A stretch of DNA of 63,831 nt, filler included, from Reticulomyxa filosa (GCA_000512085.1; 17 parts of 17 records of this genome joined end to end with filler, not necessarily neighbours in it), one strand, 5' to 3'. Shown: positions 1 to 13,971, counted from the first letter of the whole stretch. Notes: generated by a model not told the origin, from the sequence alone. Program-made: numbers and translations.

Positions 1-129
1 CTAAAAAAAAAAAATATTTGCTGACGACAATCATTTTTTGGACCATTTTTTTTTTTAGGTGTTGCCAAAAGTTGCAAACAAAATTTGGTCTTGCACTTTT
101 GATATTGGGTTTCAAATTAATACAAAAAA

Positions 130-661
130 AAAAAAGTCCATCGTGGAACATTCGACATGGACTTCTTGCTTATGTCCACCGCGAGCAACACCATAAAAAC
201 AAAATATTTTGCTAAAGTTGCAAAACGTTGACTAGCCCTTTCAAACTCATCAAAAAAATCACTAAACTGTCTTGAAAGCTGCATTCTGTTGTGTCTGTGA
301 CCGGGGAGAGTGCGTCTTCATTAGTCGATTGTGGCTCCGAACTTCGATGGCTATTCACTGTTCATTACAATCAAATCCTTTGCATAATTTAGAGTTCTTT
401 GCGAAAAACACAAAAACGCCGTTTCTTGCGAGAAAACAAACACATTTTTGCATATGTAGCTATACCATGTGTTTTATGCTTTTGAGAGTCATCTTCTATC
501 AAAAATGAAAAAATGCAGCATAGTGTTTTTGTGAGGTCTTGATCAACGTTTGTCAAATTACACGTTTCTTTGCCTCCTTTCACGTTATCTCGTGTTAATT
601 CCTTATTTATACTTTTAATATTTGAAATAACGCCATTTTGGTTAGTTTTTTGTATTTCCAT
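130..661 (-). CDS. Possible 5' exons of a hypothetical protein (multi-exon, boundaries uncertain)
   Basis: ORF 389..661 starts with ATG. There is a further hydrophilic exon-like block near 268-360 (VNSHRSSEPQSTNEDALSPVTDTTECSFQD) flanked by AG/GT. No family recognised. Confidence 0.3.
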
Positions 662-1327
662 TTTAAAAATTTACTTCAAATTAACAAAAAAACAAAAGGA
701 AGCGCTACTGTTGAAAAAACAAACAAGAAAGTGAACTTGGCTTGTGTCCCCAGCTTTGAACGTTATTATTGGGAATTAAGATCGTTTTTTTGTCAGCTGT
801 TCGTTAGCTCTCGACAAATAATTACCACTGTATTAAATTTTTTCAGCTTGAGTGATAGAATTGCACAATAAAAATTCAAAGCATATATCAAACAACTTTT
901 TCAGAGCAAGATGCAGTATCTTCCTTAAAGTTCATTTTAACTTTCTATTTATTGTGGAACATCTCAAAGGTATATTGCCTTATAAATAGCCTGTAGTTTT
1001 ACTGTTATTGTGTTAGTGTTCACTTATTATGAATGTTCGTGTTTTATGCTTTTTTGCTTAATTTGGAATAATTTTTGTGTTTATTGTATAATTCACCAGA
1101 CATAGCAAAGAAACCTTTTTGTCGATTAAATCTGTATATCAGTAATACTAATATAAAAAAGATATAACTACAAAATCTTAAAAGGTTAAATTATTGATTT
1201 TCTTTTGAAAGTTGGTAGTATCTTGGCAATTGATTTTATGCTTCATTGGTTTCCTGTTGTGTTTTCTAATTTCTAAAACGCAAAATTTTGGGAAGTTTCG
1301 CATATTGTAATCTCATTACTGTTTCAA

Positions 1328-1937
1328 ATGGCCCAAGCAACGAATGATGAAGAAATGTGTGATGATTCAAAGAAAATTCTCAATGATCCATTAGTTGTTT
1401 GTCTCATCAGGCGTTCCAAAAATGCCAACGTCGTTGTTTACCGAGTTTAACAAATGTTTTTTTGTTACTGTTTCACCTCCCCAAAATTACATGAATTACA
1501 TTTTTTTTTTGGTAGGCACGTTTAGGAGAAGTAAAAAAAAATTAAATGAATCCGACCCGTTGGAAGTGTTTTGGTTGAAAATTGAGCCCTCGTATATAAA
1601 AAGCCGCCGCAAACAAGGTTATAAGGATGACAGATCCGATTTGACATTTTTGGAAAACCAAATGGCTTACGGGGTAAGTATAGAAAAAACGAAGAATGGG
1701 GGAGAGTTTAAAGTAACATTTGTTGCGTTGAGTGGCCGACCATTGACTTTAAGAGTTGGCAAAGACGGCCTACCTCATTGTTATGGAGAGGCAAATGGCA
1801 AACCGTGCATTTTGAAAGAGATGTTTGTAAATGCAACCGAAAACTTCATTGGTTTGCCAAGTGTCAATTACGTGGAAATGAAAGGAGTGGACGAAGAGAC
1901 CGGAGGCAACATTGTTGAAAAAGTAGTACCAAAGTAA
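1328..1937 (+). CDS. DUF4833-family protein (2 exons, with an apparent 1-nt frameshift near 1528-1541)
   Basis: Exon 1 (1328..1444) reads MAQATNDEEM...LIRRSKNANVVVYR. The intron is 1445..1515 (GT..AG). Downstream sequence reads DPLEVFW...LTFLENQMAYG...FVALSGRPL...LPSVNYVEMKGVDEETG, which matches my recollection of DUF4833 motifs (RSKNxNxxVY, DPxxVxW, AYG, LPxVxYV). Confidence 0.7.
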
Positions 1938-2514
1938 ACATAAGAACAAATAATAACTATGTTCAGAAGTAGGTTTTCTATTTCTGAACTTTTTTCCAAA
2001 TAAGAAAGATTTGCTTTTTTTAATTTGGGAAAAAGATTGATTTCGCCCCCTTTTTTTTTTCGCTTCTGGCATGCCATTCTATGATTGTTTTGCTTGGTTT
2101 ATGTTTTGGATTACTTTGATTATTCGCAGATTTATTCAAAAGCCACTTTCTTTCACAGTTAAATGCCATGTTTTTGGTTGTACCAAATGCAGCTCGGAAA
2201 GGCTAATCTTACATGTGTGAGTTCGTGCATATTTCTCAAACTTGATCTCTGTGTACAAGATTGAATGTACTTAAACGCCTTTCGCGTTGTCCATGCGATT
2301 TCTTTTAAATAGGAACGCATCATTTGACTTTTGATTTCTCTTTTTATGATTCCCAATTAAACAAATGAATGATTTTTTTCTCAATTTGTTTTATTTCCTT
2401 CTTCATTTTCGTGTTCAAAGTTTTGAATACAAGAAATAAACCTTGTGAGAAAAAAAACAGCAAAAGAGGAACCGTATTTTTTAAATTGAGGCATTTTCGG
2501 AGAAGCGGATCTGT

Positions 2515-4712
2515 ATGATGGATTGGGATGTTGCAAATGAATATTTTGAGTGGGAAGTATTGAAAGAATGGAAACAATACACTGAAAAAAAGAAAGTGAA
2601 CATATTTTGCAGCACGTACAACGTGGGTGCCAAACTTCCGTTAACTGAACGAAGCGGGACAGGTCTTCAGCAGTTGCTTTCAGATCAGGAGATGCTTGAG
2701 GCCTACGGAGGTGCGCCGGACATCTATGTGTTGGCATTCCAAGAAATAGTGGATTTATCCAGTGCATCGAGCTATTTGCTGGAAGGCGAAGCAAAGCTTG
2801 AATGGGAACAGCAAGTGAGTGAAGCTCTAGGGAGTGGATATGATCAACTGTGCAGCAAATCATTGGTGGGATTGTTACTGCTCGCATATGCAAAAAAAGA
2901 GATGAAAGAGCATATAAGCGAGTGTTTGATAAGCACGTGCGCAGTTGGATTATTTGGAACCGTTGGGAACAAAGGCGGGATAGGGATTCATTTAAAAGTA
3001 TACGACTCAAACCTATGCTTTATTTCGTCTCATCTCGCGGCCCAACAGAACAATGTCCAAGGAAGGAACCAAGACTTTTGGAAGATACTTGAAAATCTAA
3101 AGTTTATCAAAACGGAAGAAAGTGTAAGCAAGCTCGAAATGGAAATCGACGAGTCCAAAAAAATGGCCAAAGAAAACGGACTTAAAAAAAAGAGACAGGT
3201 AATGCCACCGGCGACAATGTTTTGTTAAGTGCGATTGAAGTGTTGGCACATCACGATATTATCTTTTGGTTGGGCGATTTGAACTATCGACTGAACATGG
3301 ACAGCTTATCCCTTGTCTACGAGTTAATCGAACGCAAAGAATGGAAAGCGTTGTTATCAAAAGATCAGCTGTGCTTAGAACGAATGCAAAAAAACGCATT
3401 TTCCGAGTTTATGGAACCCGAAATCGCATTCCCACCTACGTATAAGTATATCCCTCATACGCTTGAGTATGACCGCAGACCAGACAAGAAAGCGAGGATG
3501 CCCGCGTGGTGTGACCGAATATTGTGGAGACGTGGCAAACGTCCGACTGGTGATGTCGCGGATGTCACATGCTTGAAATATAACTGTGCTCAGTTAACCA
3601 TGAGTGATCATAGACCAGTCTACGCATGGGTCACTTATGACTGCAATCTTTTTGACTATGAAAAGCTTGCAAAGGTGAAAGCAATGGTTCGCAAAAGAAA
3701 AGAGCGCCAAGACAATTTAATGATCCCGGTTATTCGTGCTGACAATGAAATATTCTTTCGAAATGTGAAATATGGTGAGCCCACTATTCGCCACTTTACC
3801 ATCGCTAATATTGGTAATGTACCTGTTCGCTACGAGTTTAAACCTTCACAGAATAACACGTCTCTGCCAGATTGGTTGAAAATTGATAGGCCACAAGGAG
3901 TGATCCCAATTAAAGAGCAAGCTCAAATCAGACTTGAAATCCTTGTCAACGCGAATTGTTGTCGGAAAATTATGGAAAATCACAACCGTATTTGTGAGAC
4001 GATTTCGGTTGCGTTGAGCCAAGATATATCACATTTGCTGACACTTCAAGCCGATTACACTCCTTCCTGCTTCGGACAGAAAATCGAATATCTAATTCGT
4101 CTCAGAGATCCTATCCGATTCATTGAGTCACCCTTCCAAGCTGATTTGGACATAGATAATCGAACTAAAGACACGGAAGTTTCAACAGACCTGTCGAAAG
4201 ACGAAAGTGCTCAAGTGTACTCGATTCCAAAAGAATTGTGGAGGCTCGTTGATCACTTGTTTAAATATGGCATGGATACGGAGGCCCTATTTATTACTAA
4301 AGGATCCCAAGCGGATATTTTTATGATTCGAGAATGCTTAGATACCGGTAAAGATTTCGAGAAATGTGATATATATTCCTTTGGAGAAGCATTAATACGA
4401 TTTTTAGAAGGGTTACAAGACCCAGTTTTTCCCGCTTCTTTATGCTCAAAATTTGATGAAAATGTGGATATTACACACTATTGCCGACAAGCATTGACAG
4501 CTCTACCGTTGGCTCACTATAATACATTCATGTACATTGTTTGCTTTTTGAGAGAGGTTCTCAAACACAGTAAAAACCGGCTTTCAGTCGATCGTCTGGC
4601 TTATCAGTTTTCTTGTGCCCTCACTCAAAGTACTGTTGATGCGAACGGAAAATTGCAAAATCATAAGCCATTCCTTTTGTTGAAGCTTTTCCTAACTAGT
4701 TCCGAACTTTGA
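2515..4712 (+). CDS. OCRL: OCRL/INPP5B-like inositol polyphosphate 5-phosphatase with ASH and RhoGAP-like domains
   Basis: 5-phosphatase motifs are TYNVG, FQEIV, GNKGG, SHLAA, FWLGDLNYR, PPTYKY, PAWCDRILW and SDHRPV. An ASH/Hydin-like beta domain follows (FTIANIGNVPVRYEF), then a RhoGAP-like domain (SIPKELWRLVDHL). The frame change near 3120-3220 can be resolved by an intron 3122..3198 (GT..CAG) or by an A-run indel. The true 5' end is uncertain. Confidence 0.93.
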
Positions 4713-5002
4713 TATTTGAGAACCTCTTTTATGAACAAAACACTTTTTCGATTTTCATCCATTAGCGAAAATAAATTTTGAGACAATCATTTTTAATTTG
4801 AAAGTACGAATTGATTTGAAAAATTTTCTTGATAATGCATTAAATAAGCATTTGTCAAATTTTCTACCAGTAGGGATAATAACAAAAATGTTTGTTTGAT
4901 TATATGAGAAGATTAGTTTAGAAATATGAGTATAGCAATAAATATTTTCTCAAAGAGAAATGATTTTGTGGTCTTTGACCGTATGGGTACGATGAATGAA
5001 AA

Positions 5003-8000
5003 CTACTTTGCGTGAGAAAAAGGGATCAAAAACCAATAACACTGCATAAATTTTGCGTATATCCTTTTTGTACAATAAACATATCCAAATTTTTTACGCT
5101 GACAAATTTGCAACTTTTCATGCGCCACTCTTATTTGCAACCAACAGCAATCAAATGTTGCATTGGGAAAAAGAACATTCTTGATGGAGTGTTTGGATCC
5201 TGTTGATGTGTTTTTTAAATGCTGGTAAATAAAAGAAAATAGACAAAACAAAAAGAAACGGAACATGATGTGACTGATCCAATGGAAATGTTTTGACTGA
5301 AAAACGATAACGATTGAGATTGTAAATACCAGGAGTATCGAATATTGTTCGCAATTCAATGTAAATATATTCACCTGGAGCTAATTTGTCACATTCTAAA
5401 GATGTGCTTCCTGACCATTGATAGCGTGCACGAAGTGACACCTCTTTAAATGTCACAAACGATCGTGATCTGGTTGAAAAAAACAAAAAGCACAATTCTT
5501 TCTAACAAATCGTACATACGTTTTTCTTTTTTTAGGGTTCCTTTCTTGTCTGCAAACAGAGTAAATAGCATTTACTAACTCATTGTCAAATTCTTCATTT
5601 TGCGCAAGAGTGTCAAATAAAAAAGATACGTTAAATTTTCTGGAAATATTCAGTACCATTAATTGAACATCGCACGAAACTTTTTGGTCTCTGATATCAC
5701 ATAAAAGAGAAGGCTGGATCCAATACACACAAATTTTTACACGCACGCATATCCAATTTACTTAACTTGACAGTCATTGGAAGCATTTTTGGGTATTTGA
5801 TAGCGACTCTCAGCGGACAGCCAATGTGACTTTCCACTTGAGAAAAGACAAATGGTTCATTTAACATATGGAAGCCATATCTATTTTTGCGAAGACTTTT
5901 GGGCATATGTGACAATTCATTTCTAATCTTGATTTCCATTTGTTCGCGTGTTATTTGATTGAGTCTTTGGTCTTCCATATCTTCGCTTTGGCTGCTGAAG
6001 CTCCTGTCCAAAAACCCAGACGGTCTTGTTGGACGAGGTAACGATATCAACGGGGGTTGTACAGCACTACTGTTGTTTGGAGGGTTGTGTTGCACATCAA
6101 GGTCGGCTTTGGAAGCTATATCAGAAAGGCGATCGTGAAAACTTGCACTTCTTGTCATCGAGTTCGGACTACTTGGAGAACTCGAAGATTGACTAGTTAA
6201 AGTTTCCAAATGATGTGACAATTTGGGAGATTCGGTTATCTGAAATTCGATAATGATATCTAATTCGTTATCATGTCTTTGTGGGGTATGTCCAGAGACT
6301 ATTATGAAAAATGAAAATCAATCACAACATATTTGGCATGTGTCACATATATCAAATAAAAACTGACAAAAAAAAAAATAGTACAGAAGAATAAGACCTT
6401 TTGTGATAAGTTGTATTCTGTCTAACCATCGTTGGTACTTCTTTTTTGACAAAATTGTGAACAATTTCTTTGGCTGGGTTTAATACTTTCTTCACAATTT
6501 CATTTTCTATCGTGCTAACTTGTGACTGAAGTTGAAGCTGTAGCGTCGGAACAATATTCGTCAATACAGGCTCCTCCTCTTCTTGTAACTCCTATTCAAC
6601 CAAGTTTCTCAAGATTAGTTTGTGGATAAACAAAACAACAAAGACTTTGATGACATTGTCAAAGTTTGTGTGCACGTAACAAATGAGTCAGTACTAATTG
6701 TGTAATCTTTATCCAAAGTAAAGCTATCATATTCTTCACTATTGGTTGCATCTAATGGGATTAATTTCGCAAACATCGTCGAACAAAACTGTCCTTTGAT
6801 TGGAACAATTATTCTATGTGTTTTTTTAAAAAAAAAGAAAAGATGAGGCAAGAATTGGATTTTTTTATGGACAAAGGAAAAGTATGAGTGGAAAAACTTG
6901 TTGTCAAGCAATGCTTGAATAGTCCAATTTTCGGCGATACAAACAACATTTGTAACAACGACCCACGGAGACCGCTCTTCATCGGACAATATTCGCAAGG
7001 CATTACGCTTTTGCTCGTTGTCAAGTTCGGATTCGATAGCATTTTCAACAATCCCTCCTTTGTGCCCATTGCGAGCACTGGTAGCGGCAGTGTCGAATGA
7101 CAGAAGCGGCTGCAATTGTGCCAATTGGAGACTACTCATCTCTTCCACGTCATGAACAATGCGATCACTAGAAGTATTTGGATGTGTCAACAGATCAGCC
7201 AAACCAAAGGTGGTCAATGTATTGGCCTTTCCCTGATATTTCAATATGTCATTGGACACGTTTTCAATTTCCAAGGCCAAAATATATTGGCGAGTGTCGC
7301 TAAAGTGGTTTCGTGTAAACAATGTCATATTCAACAGAGGGTCTACCAACAACTGACGAGAAAGACATATCAAACGTTGTGGCGTTTGATGAACATCGCT
7401 TTGCGTCTTCTTTTTTTTTTTTTTTTTGTGATTGAGCAACAAATAAGTAAAAACTAATTTTCAAAGGATGCGCAATTGCGGTTCAAAATTGTGATAAAAA
7501 AAAAAAAAAAGCAAAACTGTTGATTTGATTGTCTCCTCTTTGCTTAGATCACTTTTAGCAGTGACAGATAGTAGAGAATCGTATCCAATTAAGATTTGTA
7601 ACAAGAAGTCTCCCACCATGGCACCGTGCAACCACACCACAGCATAAGACACCCGACCGGGTTTGATCACCTCATTCAAACACAAAATATCATCGTCTGG
7701 CAATTGCTTGTGGGATGCATTCATGTCGTTCCATCCATTTCTCATCCATTTGTTCATCCCGATTTGGGGTGCTTGGTTACGCATTGACGAGGATTGGACA
7801 GGACTATCGGATGGCGCTTTGTCGTTGTCTGACTTGTTTTGGGTCTTTGATGACGCCAAGGTCGAGGAAGGATCGTCGCTCTCTTCGAATTTTACGGGAG
7901 TGAGCACTTTGAGATCGTCCAGCCATTTCATCCATTGCTCTTGATCATTCCCTCCTCCAATCGAATTCGACCACGATCGAATGACATTATGACTCAATTT

Positions 8001-11000
8001 GGATATGCACATGAACTGCGGAAGATTCAGTCGAATACGGATATTGGCTGCTGACAACGATCCGGAGTTGCTCAGCCCAATGACAACCGGCACCAATTCG
8101 CCGTGGTAAATTGAGTGTGGAAATCCAAAGTCTTCGTAAACATGACAATTTAGACATGCTTGCGGAGGTTTTACATTGTATTTGAAATCGATTTGTTTCT
8201 CTACGTCGTTTCTGATATTATTTGCAAAAAAAAAAAAAAAAGCTCTCTCTGTCTCTTTTTTTTCTACATGCATTTGGACCGAGAAAACGAAAAGATGTTT
8301 AACAAGTGGTGTTGAATGGCCCTGTGGTCTGCTTCAAAATACGCGACTCCTTTTCGTCCTTGTCTTAAGAAAGTGTGTGGAGAAATAGGCGATGTCGACT
8401 TGACGGCGGCCAAGGCTCGACCAAAGCGGTGAAATCCTTGCATGCAATTAAAGATTTGCCAGCGAACGCCGACGATTTCGACTTGCAGTCCGTCCATGAT
8501 TGAATGTTGAATTGACACGCTCAGGGCACCTGACATGAGATCAAAAAAAAAAAAAAAAAAAAAGTAGGATGTCGACATGTTTGCACAATTTGCACAAATA
8601 CCAAACTTGTTTGCTCTCTTCCGGCTGCAATGTCAAAAATACAGGATTGTACGCAAACAGATCGTCGTATCCCAGCTTGGTGCCGTCCTCATTTGTGTCG
8701 CTGGACAATGTGCTTCCCACGACACAATGCAGACACAAATGGTTCACTGTTAACTCCCGCTTCAATGGATTCGTCACCAAGACTTCTACGATTATGTTCT
8801 CTGTTATCCATCCAAGCCAACACCAACATTACTTCTTCCCAATCATATCGAGACATTCACATTCACATTCACATATACACACTGATATAACACACCTCCT
8901 CGGATTATTACAATGGGTCCTTGACGCAGATGATATGAGGTCAAAAAATTGTTATCTTGACGCAGCTCTGCACACACACACACACACACAATAAAATAGA
9001 ATGGGATAGAACATACGATAGCATTCAAAACACAGCACATCTGCGTGCAAGAAAACACATTAAACAAGTGAACTGTGCTTCCATACTGGCCCAATGGCAT
9101 TGGACGGTAATTCATCGGGATGATGCACAACGATATCCACAAAAGGATGGAATTTGGGAATATTTAAATTCGGGACAAATTTGAGAGTGGATGAAATCGA
9201 GCGTGACGCCAGCACACCCAACTCTTCGGTCATTATTCGTGAGTCTGTGTTCCATTTCTACACACGTTACACAAAAACATAGAGACATTGCATTTGCTCG
9301 CGGTTTGGGATGACAGTCCTGTTATATGTTTGCAAATGTAAACGACCAAACTCCAACAACGTTGATGAATTTGTCCAAAAAGTTCTTTTGTCGCGTTGCA
9401 GAGCCTCGTCCGGCACCCAACAGCTCCAAAAAGTATTCGATCGCAGCATCGGCACGACCCAATTTCGACGAAAGATAGCCCAAATTGTAATTAATGTGAT
9501 CTTCCACGTGACTCCATCCGTGCTCGGCATACACCATCATTGCGCTGGAATAGCAACGAACAGAATGTTCTTTCTTTTTACGTATGTGTGTATGTGTGTT
9601 TTACTCATAACACTGGTTTAATCGCAAAAAATAAACAAAGTGTCAAACTTGATCACATTCTTTGTATAAATGAGCTGCCAAAATCAAATAAAAGGAATAC
9701 TTGCGAATCATCGGAGAGCGATCTGGGCCCGCCCTCAAGTATGCAAAGGCTGCTTGTTCCAATAGCATTGCCGATCGGTGTTTTACTCCTTTTTTTTTTT
9801 TTTTATAAGTGACAGTTTTGTTAGTTTAATTTTGACTTTGCATATACACACACACACACAAACAAATAAATAAAAACGAACCTTTTCCGAAGGCCTTAAT
9901 AAGATCTTTGATATCATGTCGTTGTTGAATGAATGACCCAGACTACAATGTGCCATCCAAGCCCACATGGACGCTCGTGTGCCTCGTCGAATGTCATCTT
10001 TGTGTATTTGGTTATGTGTTAAACAAAATCAAAGCCAAGTTCATACTTGCTTTTGTATTTATTTTTTTTCCCCTGTTCTTGGTAGAGTAACTGATGTCCA
10101 TGTACTCCGTGAAGGTGTTGTCGAAAAATGTTTCCATGTCTTTGCGATTGCTGTTGTAAGCACCTGTTGGAAATGAGCCACAACGCACACACCAATGTAA
10201 AAGAGATTGACAAAAAAAAAAAGGATCCCTTGAGATAAGGAACAACAAGTGCAAGAGTGAAGGATTAAAAAAAAAAAAAAAAAAAACGGAATTGAACATA
10301 AATTATCTCTCTCACTTTAAGGTATAAAGACATACAAACATATATATATATACACATATATGTATATATGTGTATATATATGTATATACATATACCAGAG
10401 GTCGTAGACAAAGGCTCCTCAGGCAGATTTCTCAAATTCATCCACGATGGAGTTGCCATGGCTTTGCTCAGTAACGCAGCACACAGAGCGGCCATTTCGT
10501 ACGCGCCTGCCAAGTATTCTTTGCAGCCATCGGATTTATAGTCGTTCATGACCAACTTGTAATGTTCTAACGCAATGTCGTATTGCTGCAATACGAAACA
10601 CAGATCTGCCAATTGTCGGATAATGCTTTCAATGCTATCCAAACTATACAAAGGTATCTCTTCGTCCGCATTGGGAGCAACGACATTACTACTGCTTGTA
10701 TCCAACGACGGAGACTGACTTACTTTGTTTTGACTCGGAGTTGCCGTCAACGCCTTTGCTCGTTCCTGTTTCCTTTGCTGCACTTCTGGCTTGGGCTTTT
10801 TGCCCGTAAACAGACGTCGAAAGGTATGTGTGATCCCTTTTCTCTCTTGTGCCACAATCGCGTACAATTCCGTGATACGCCGCTCCACAAACGGCATTAC
10901 GCCATAGAGGACAACATCGGATACCATTTGATTCAGCGTCTGCAGGTCCTCTTCGTTCAGGTACACTCCTGTAAAGTTCACACAGAGTTGTTGAGTATGC

Positions 11001-11496
11001 AATCCCTCCCCTTTTCGCTTTGCGGGATTGTGCTTAGTAATATATATACATATGCATACACATGAATATGTATGTGTATATTTCTATGTATGTGAATGTG
11101 TATATGCGTGTATCGATACCATGCAAGGGTGTCTTTAAAACCTCGTTGACGAAATTGGATGATTTGATATTGTATCCATGCGACCAGCTGCGCTCGGGAC
11201 TGCTTTGCATGTCTTTGACATCTTGTAACACGTCCTCCAATGGCGGCTTGCGATGCATTCTGGCTTTGCTATTTGCCAACGCGGATAAAATGGGGATCGT
11301 CGGAGGAAAGTTTTGATTTATCGAACCCCTCCACAAGTCCAATGTTTCGAGATTGGGCGACGATTGTGCTATCGAGTTGATGTACAGCAACTTGAACGTA
11401 AACTGTCCAAATGCGCGTTTTATCTCTTCAAACATTGATTTCACACTTTTTTTTTTTTTTTTTTTTCAACCCAATAAAAAAAAAAAAAAAAAAAAA
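5003..11496 (-). CDS. TRAPPC8: TRAPP III subunit TRAPPC8/Trs85 (many exons; 5' end cut at contig edge; 3' end approximate)
   Basis: Conserved blocks are MPFVERRITEL...ERKG, SIESIIRQLADLCFVLQQYDIALEHYK..DYKSD...LAGAYEMAALC (10265..11002), RSAMLLEQAAFAY...RKYSFYLILAAH (~9650-9785) and GWSHVEDHINYNLG (9322..9540), followed by C-terminal Ig-like segments. Confidence 0.92.
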
Positions 11497-11596
11497 NNNN
11501 NNNNNNNNNNNNNNNNNNNNNNNNNNNNNNNNNNNNNNNNTTAATTAATTAANNNNNNNNNNNNNNNNNNNNNNNNNNNNNNNNNNNNNNNNNNNN
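11497..11596. other. Artificial contig linker N44-TTAATTAATTAA-N44 (first of 16)
   Basis: An identical 100-bp spacer with a six-frame stop core also starts at 13006, 22770, 24628, 28553, 34455, 39318, 40873, 47712, 49759, 51428, 54154, 57916, 59380, 61369 and 62732. Genes are truncated at several of these points. Confidence 0.99.
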
Positions 11597-13201
11597 ACAT
11601 CATGATCATCACCAAGTTATGCGCATTTACGAGTTGAAGTGATCGAGTAAAAGCAGTGCGTACCAATTTGAGTGTTGTTATATAATTTTAAATCCATACA
11701 TATCGTCCATAACCACTCAAAATATTGATGAAATGGATTGATTGTGTCACCATCTTTGTCTATATTATCTTCTTGCACGATTCATTGCCAGTCGTCATAA
11801 TCCATATGCCATAATACTAATTGTCCAAATTTTTGCTTCATTCTTTCTTCTTCACTTGATATAATCTTCTTCTTTCTTCATTACAAACCTACAATTAAAT
11901 GATCAATATTTACATTGTTCTGGCTAAGGTATTTCACAACAACTGAAAATATTATAAAAATAATATATACCTTCAGAAAAAGCTGCTGGTCTTCGTGCTT
12001 GGTTGACACTTGTCCATTCTTTTGATTGTTCTGGAGTTGGTGATATGCATGTTCTGTCTTGAGTTCGGGTAATGACACCATGTTGTCCCAGTAAAATCTT
12101 GTATGTTGGACATATCGTTCGAGAGATCGTCGAAAGCAAATTATTTTGCACATGTGTCTATAGAAGATACATTCAAACGACGAGGGTATGTGTATTTCTA
12201 TGGACTAAAATATTCAATGTGTCGAAATTTGTGATAAAGTAGTAGAAACTGAAACAGTTGACTGGATTGACGCATATATAAATGATAACATCGTTGTTGT
12301 ATTTTCCGTTTGATCCATTCCATCATTTACTTCTTGCACATCCGCTTGAATACATTCACCGCATCGACAATTTTTGATATTCTTCCACCGAACACATTGC
12401 CAACCTTCGATTCCTATAACATTCAACAACACATATATTTTTTTAAACAAACACACAAAGAGAAAAACTTACTTAACTAATGTATTATCCCGCGCTGGAT
12501 AATAACTTCCAACCATTAAAAAAAATAAATTATTTCAAATATTAATTTTTTTCCTTTATAATCTTTTTCTTTTTTTTCTTATTATTTCTTTTTCATTATT
12601 TCATATAAAAATGTCCTTTTTTTATTTTTTTTCTATCACTTTTTTCTTTTTTTTTCTTTTTCCATTTTTCTTTTTATTATCCATTTTTTTTTCTTATTAG
12701 TACCTTTTTTTTTTTCTTATTAGTATCTTTTTTTTTTTCTTCACCTTTTTTTTTCTTTTATTATTCCATTTTCTTCCCCCCCCCTTATTCTTTATTTTCC
12801 CCTTTTTTACAACCCCATTTTCAATATAGATGCATACACTGCCACGATTTTGTTGCTCGCTGACCTATGCACACAAACAAAGTTACTTTTTATCTTTTAA
12901 ATAACAGACAAAAAAATATTTATACCTACCATTTGGAATTTCATCTGCAAAATTTCTTTTTTCCATATAAAGAACTAACAATACTTTTTTTTTATGTGGG
13001 GGGGGNNNNNNNNNNNNNNNNNNNNNNNNNNNNNNNNNNNNNNNNNNNNTTAATTAATTAANNNNNNNNNNNNNNNNNNNNNNNNNNNNNNNNNNNNNNN
13101 NNNNNCAAATCCCACCAAAAAAAAAAGAAAAAAAAAAATTAGGAAATGATTAAAAAAAAAAAAAAAAAAAAAACCAAACAAGATACAAGGACACATCATA
13201 C

Positions 13202-13619
13202 CTCGTTGAAGCCATGGATCTGAACCATTGACCCAAGTGTAGACAATATCCATTGGGGCATAACTCAGTTGAGTTTGCAAGTTGACATCTTCTTTGATCG
13301 TGTCGGCGTAATTAATCAAAGAACAGTGACTGTTTTTGTTGAGGAGGCAATAGTTACCTCCGATACTCGACGGACTTGTGTCCGATGCACTGCCGCCGTC
13401 AAACAATGCATATATCAATGCTCCAATTATTTGATAAAAAAATAGCAGTGTTCCGATCAATATTATGCTCATCCCCAGCCGAGAGAACACAAAGGAGTAA
13501 AATGCCCTTTGCCATTGTTTCCATTGCATACTTGTCAGTGGTGGACAAGGAAAATGTGAGGAATTCGAATGATTATCAACGTCAATGGTGTGATGGTGAG
13601 AACCATTCAACCTATGCAT
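13202..13619 (-). CDS. GNPTAB: Exon 1 of a GlcNAc-1-phosphotransferase alpha/beta (GNPTAB-like, Stealth family); rest lost at contig edge
   Basis: Stealth CR1 motif PMDIVYTWVNGSDP, preceded by one TM helix and the cytosolic tail WKQWQRAFYSFVFSRLG, which resembles the animal GNPTAB N-terminus. ATG at 13619; GT donor at 13201. Confidence 0.8.
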
Positions 13620-13971
13620 ATTTACGTCCCATGTTTTTTTTTCCCAAGTGCATTGCAGATGTGGCAAACAAAAAAAAAAAAAAAAAAAGAAAGAAAAAGT
13701 CAACCAGAGACAGAGAAGAGAGAAATGAACAACCAGAGAACTAAAGTTCGTCAACTGACATGGAAGAAAAATAACAAAAAATAATAAAATAAAATTATTT
13801 GCAAGTAGTCTCGTTGAATGTGATACAAATTTATCAGAGCAGTTGCGAACAGAAGGATGAGAACATCAATTATTTTGTACTAACCTTTATTTGTTGACCC
13901 CTTTTTTTTTATAAAAAAAAAAAAAGGGAGGAGTAAAAGAGAAAAAACTTTAACGTAAAGACCTTTAACAA
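13620..13971. promoter_or_regulatory. Short divergent (head-to-head) intergenic region, putative bidirectional promoter
   Basis: About 350 bp separates the GNPTAB-like ATG (13619, -) and the likely PP1-like ATG (13972, +). No motif identified. Confidence 0.35.

Noticed and set aside
3184-3191. Programmed -1 frameshift (A AAA AAG) in OCRL
   Set aside because: A canonical 77-nt intron (3122..3198) or a homopolymer error explains the frame change, and no stimulatory structure was seen.
11597-12460. Gene on the minus strand of the second contig
   Set aside because: Short ORFs in shifting frames with stops and no recognisable motif. Possibly a pseudogene, but I cannot support a call.
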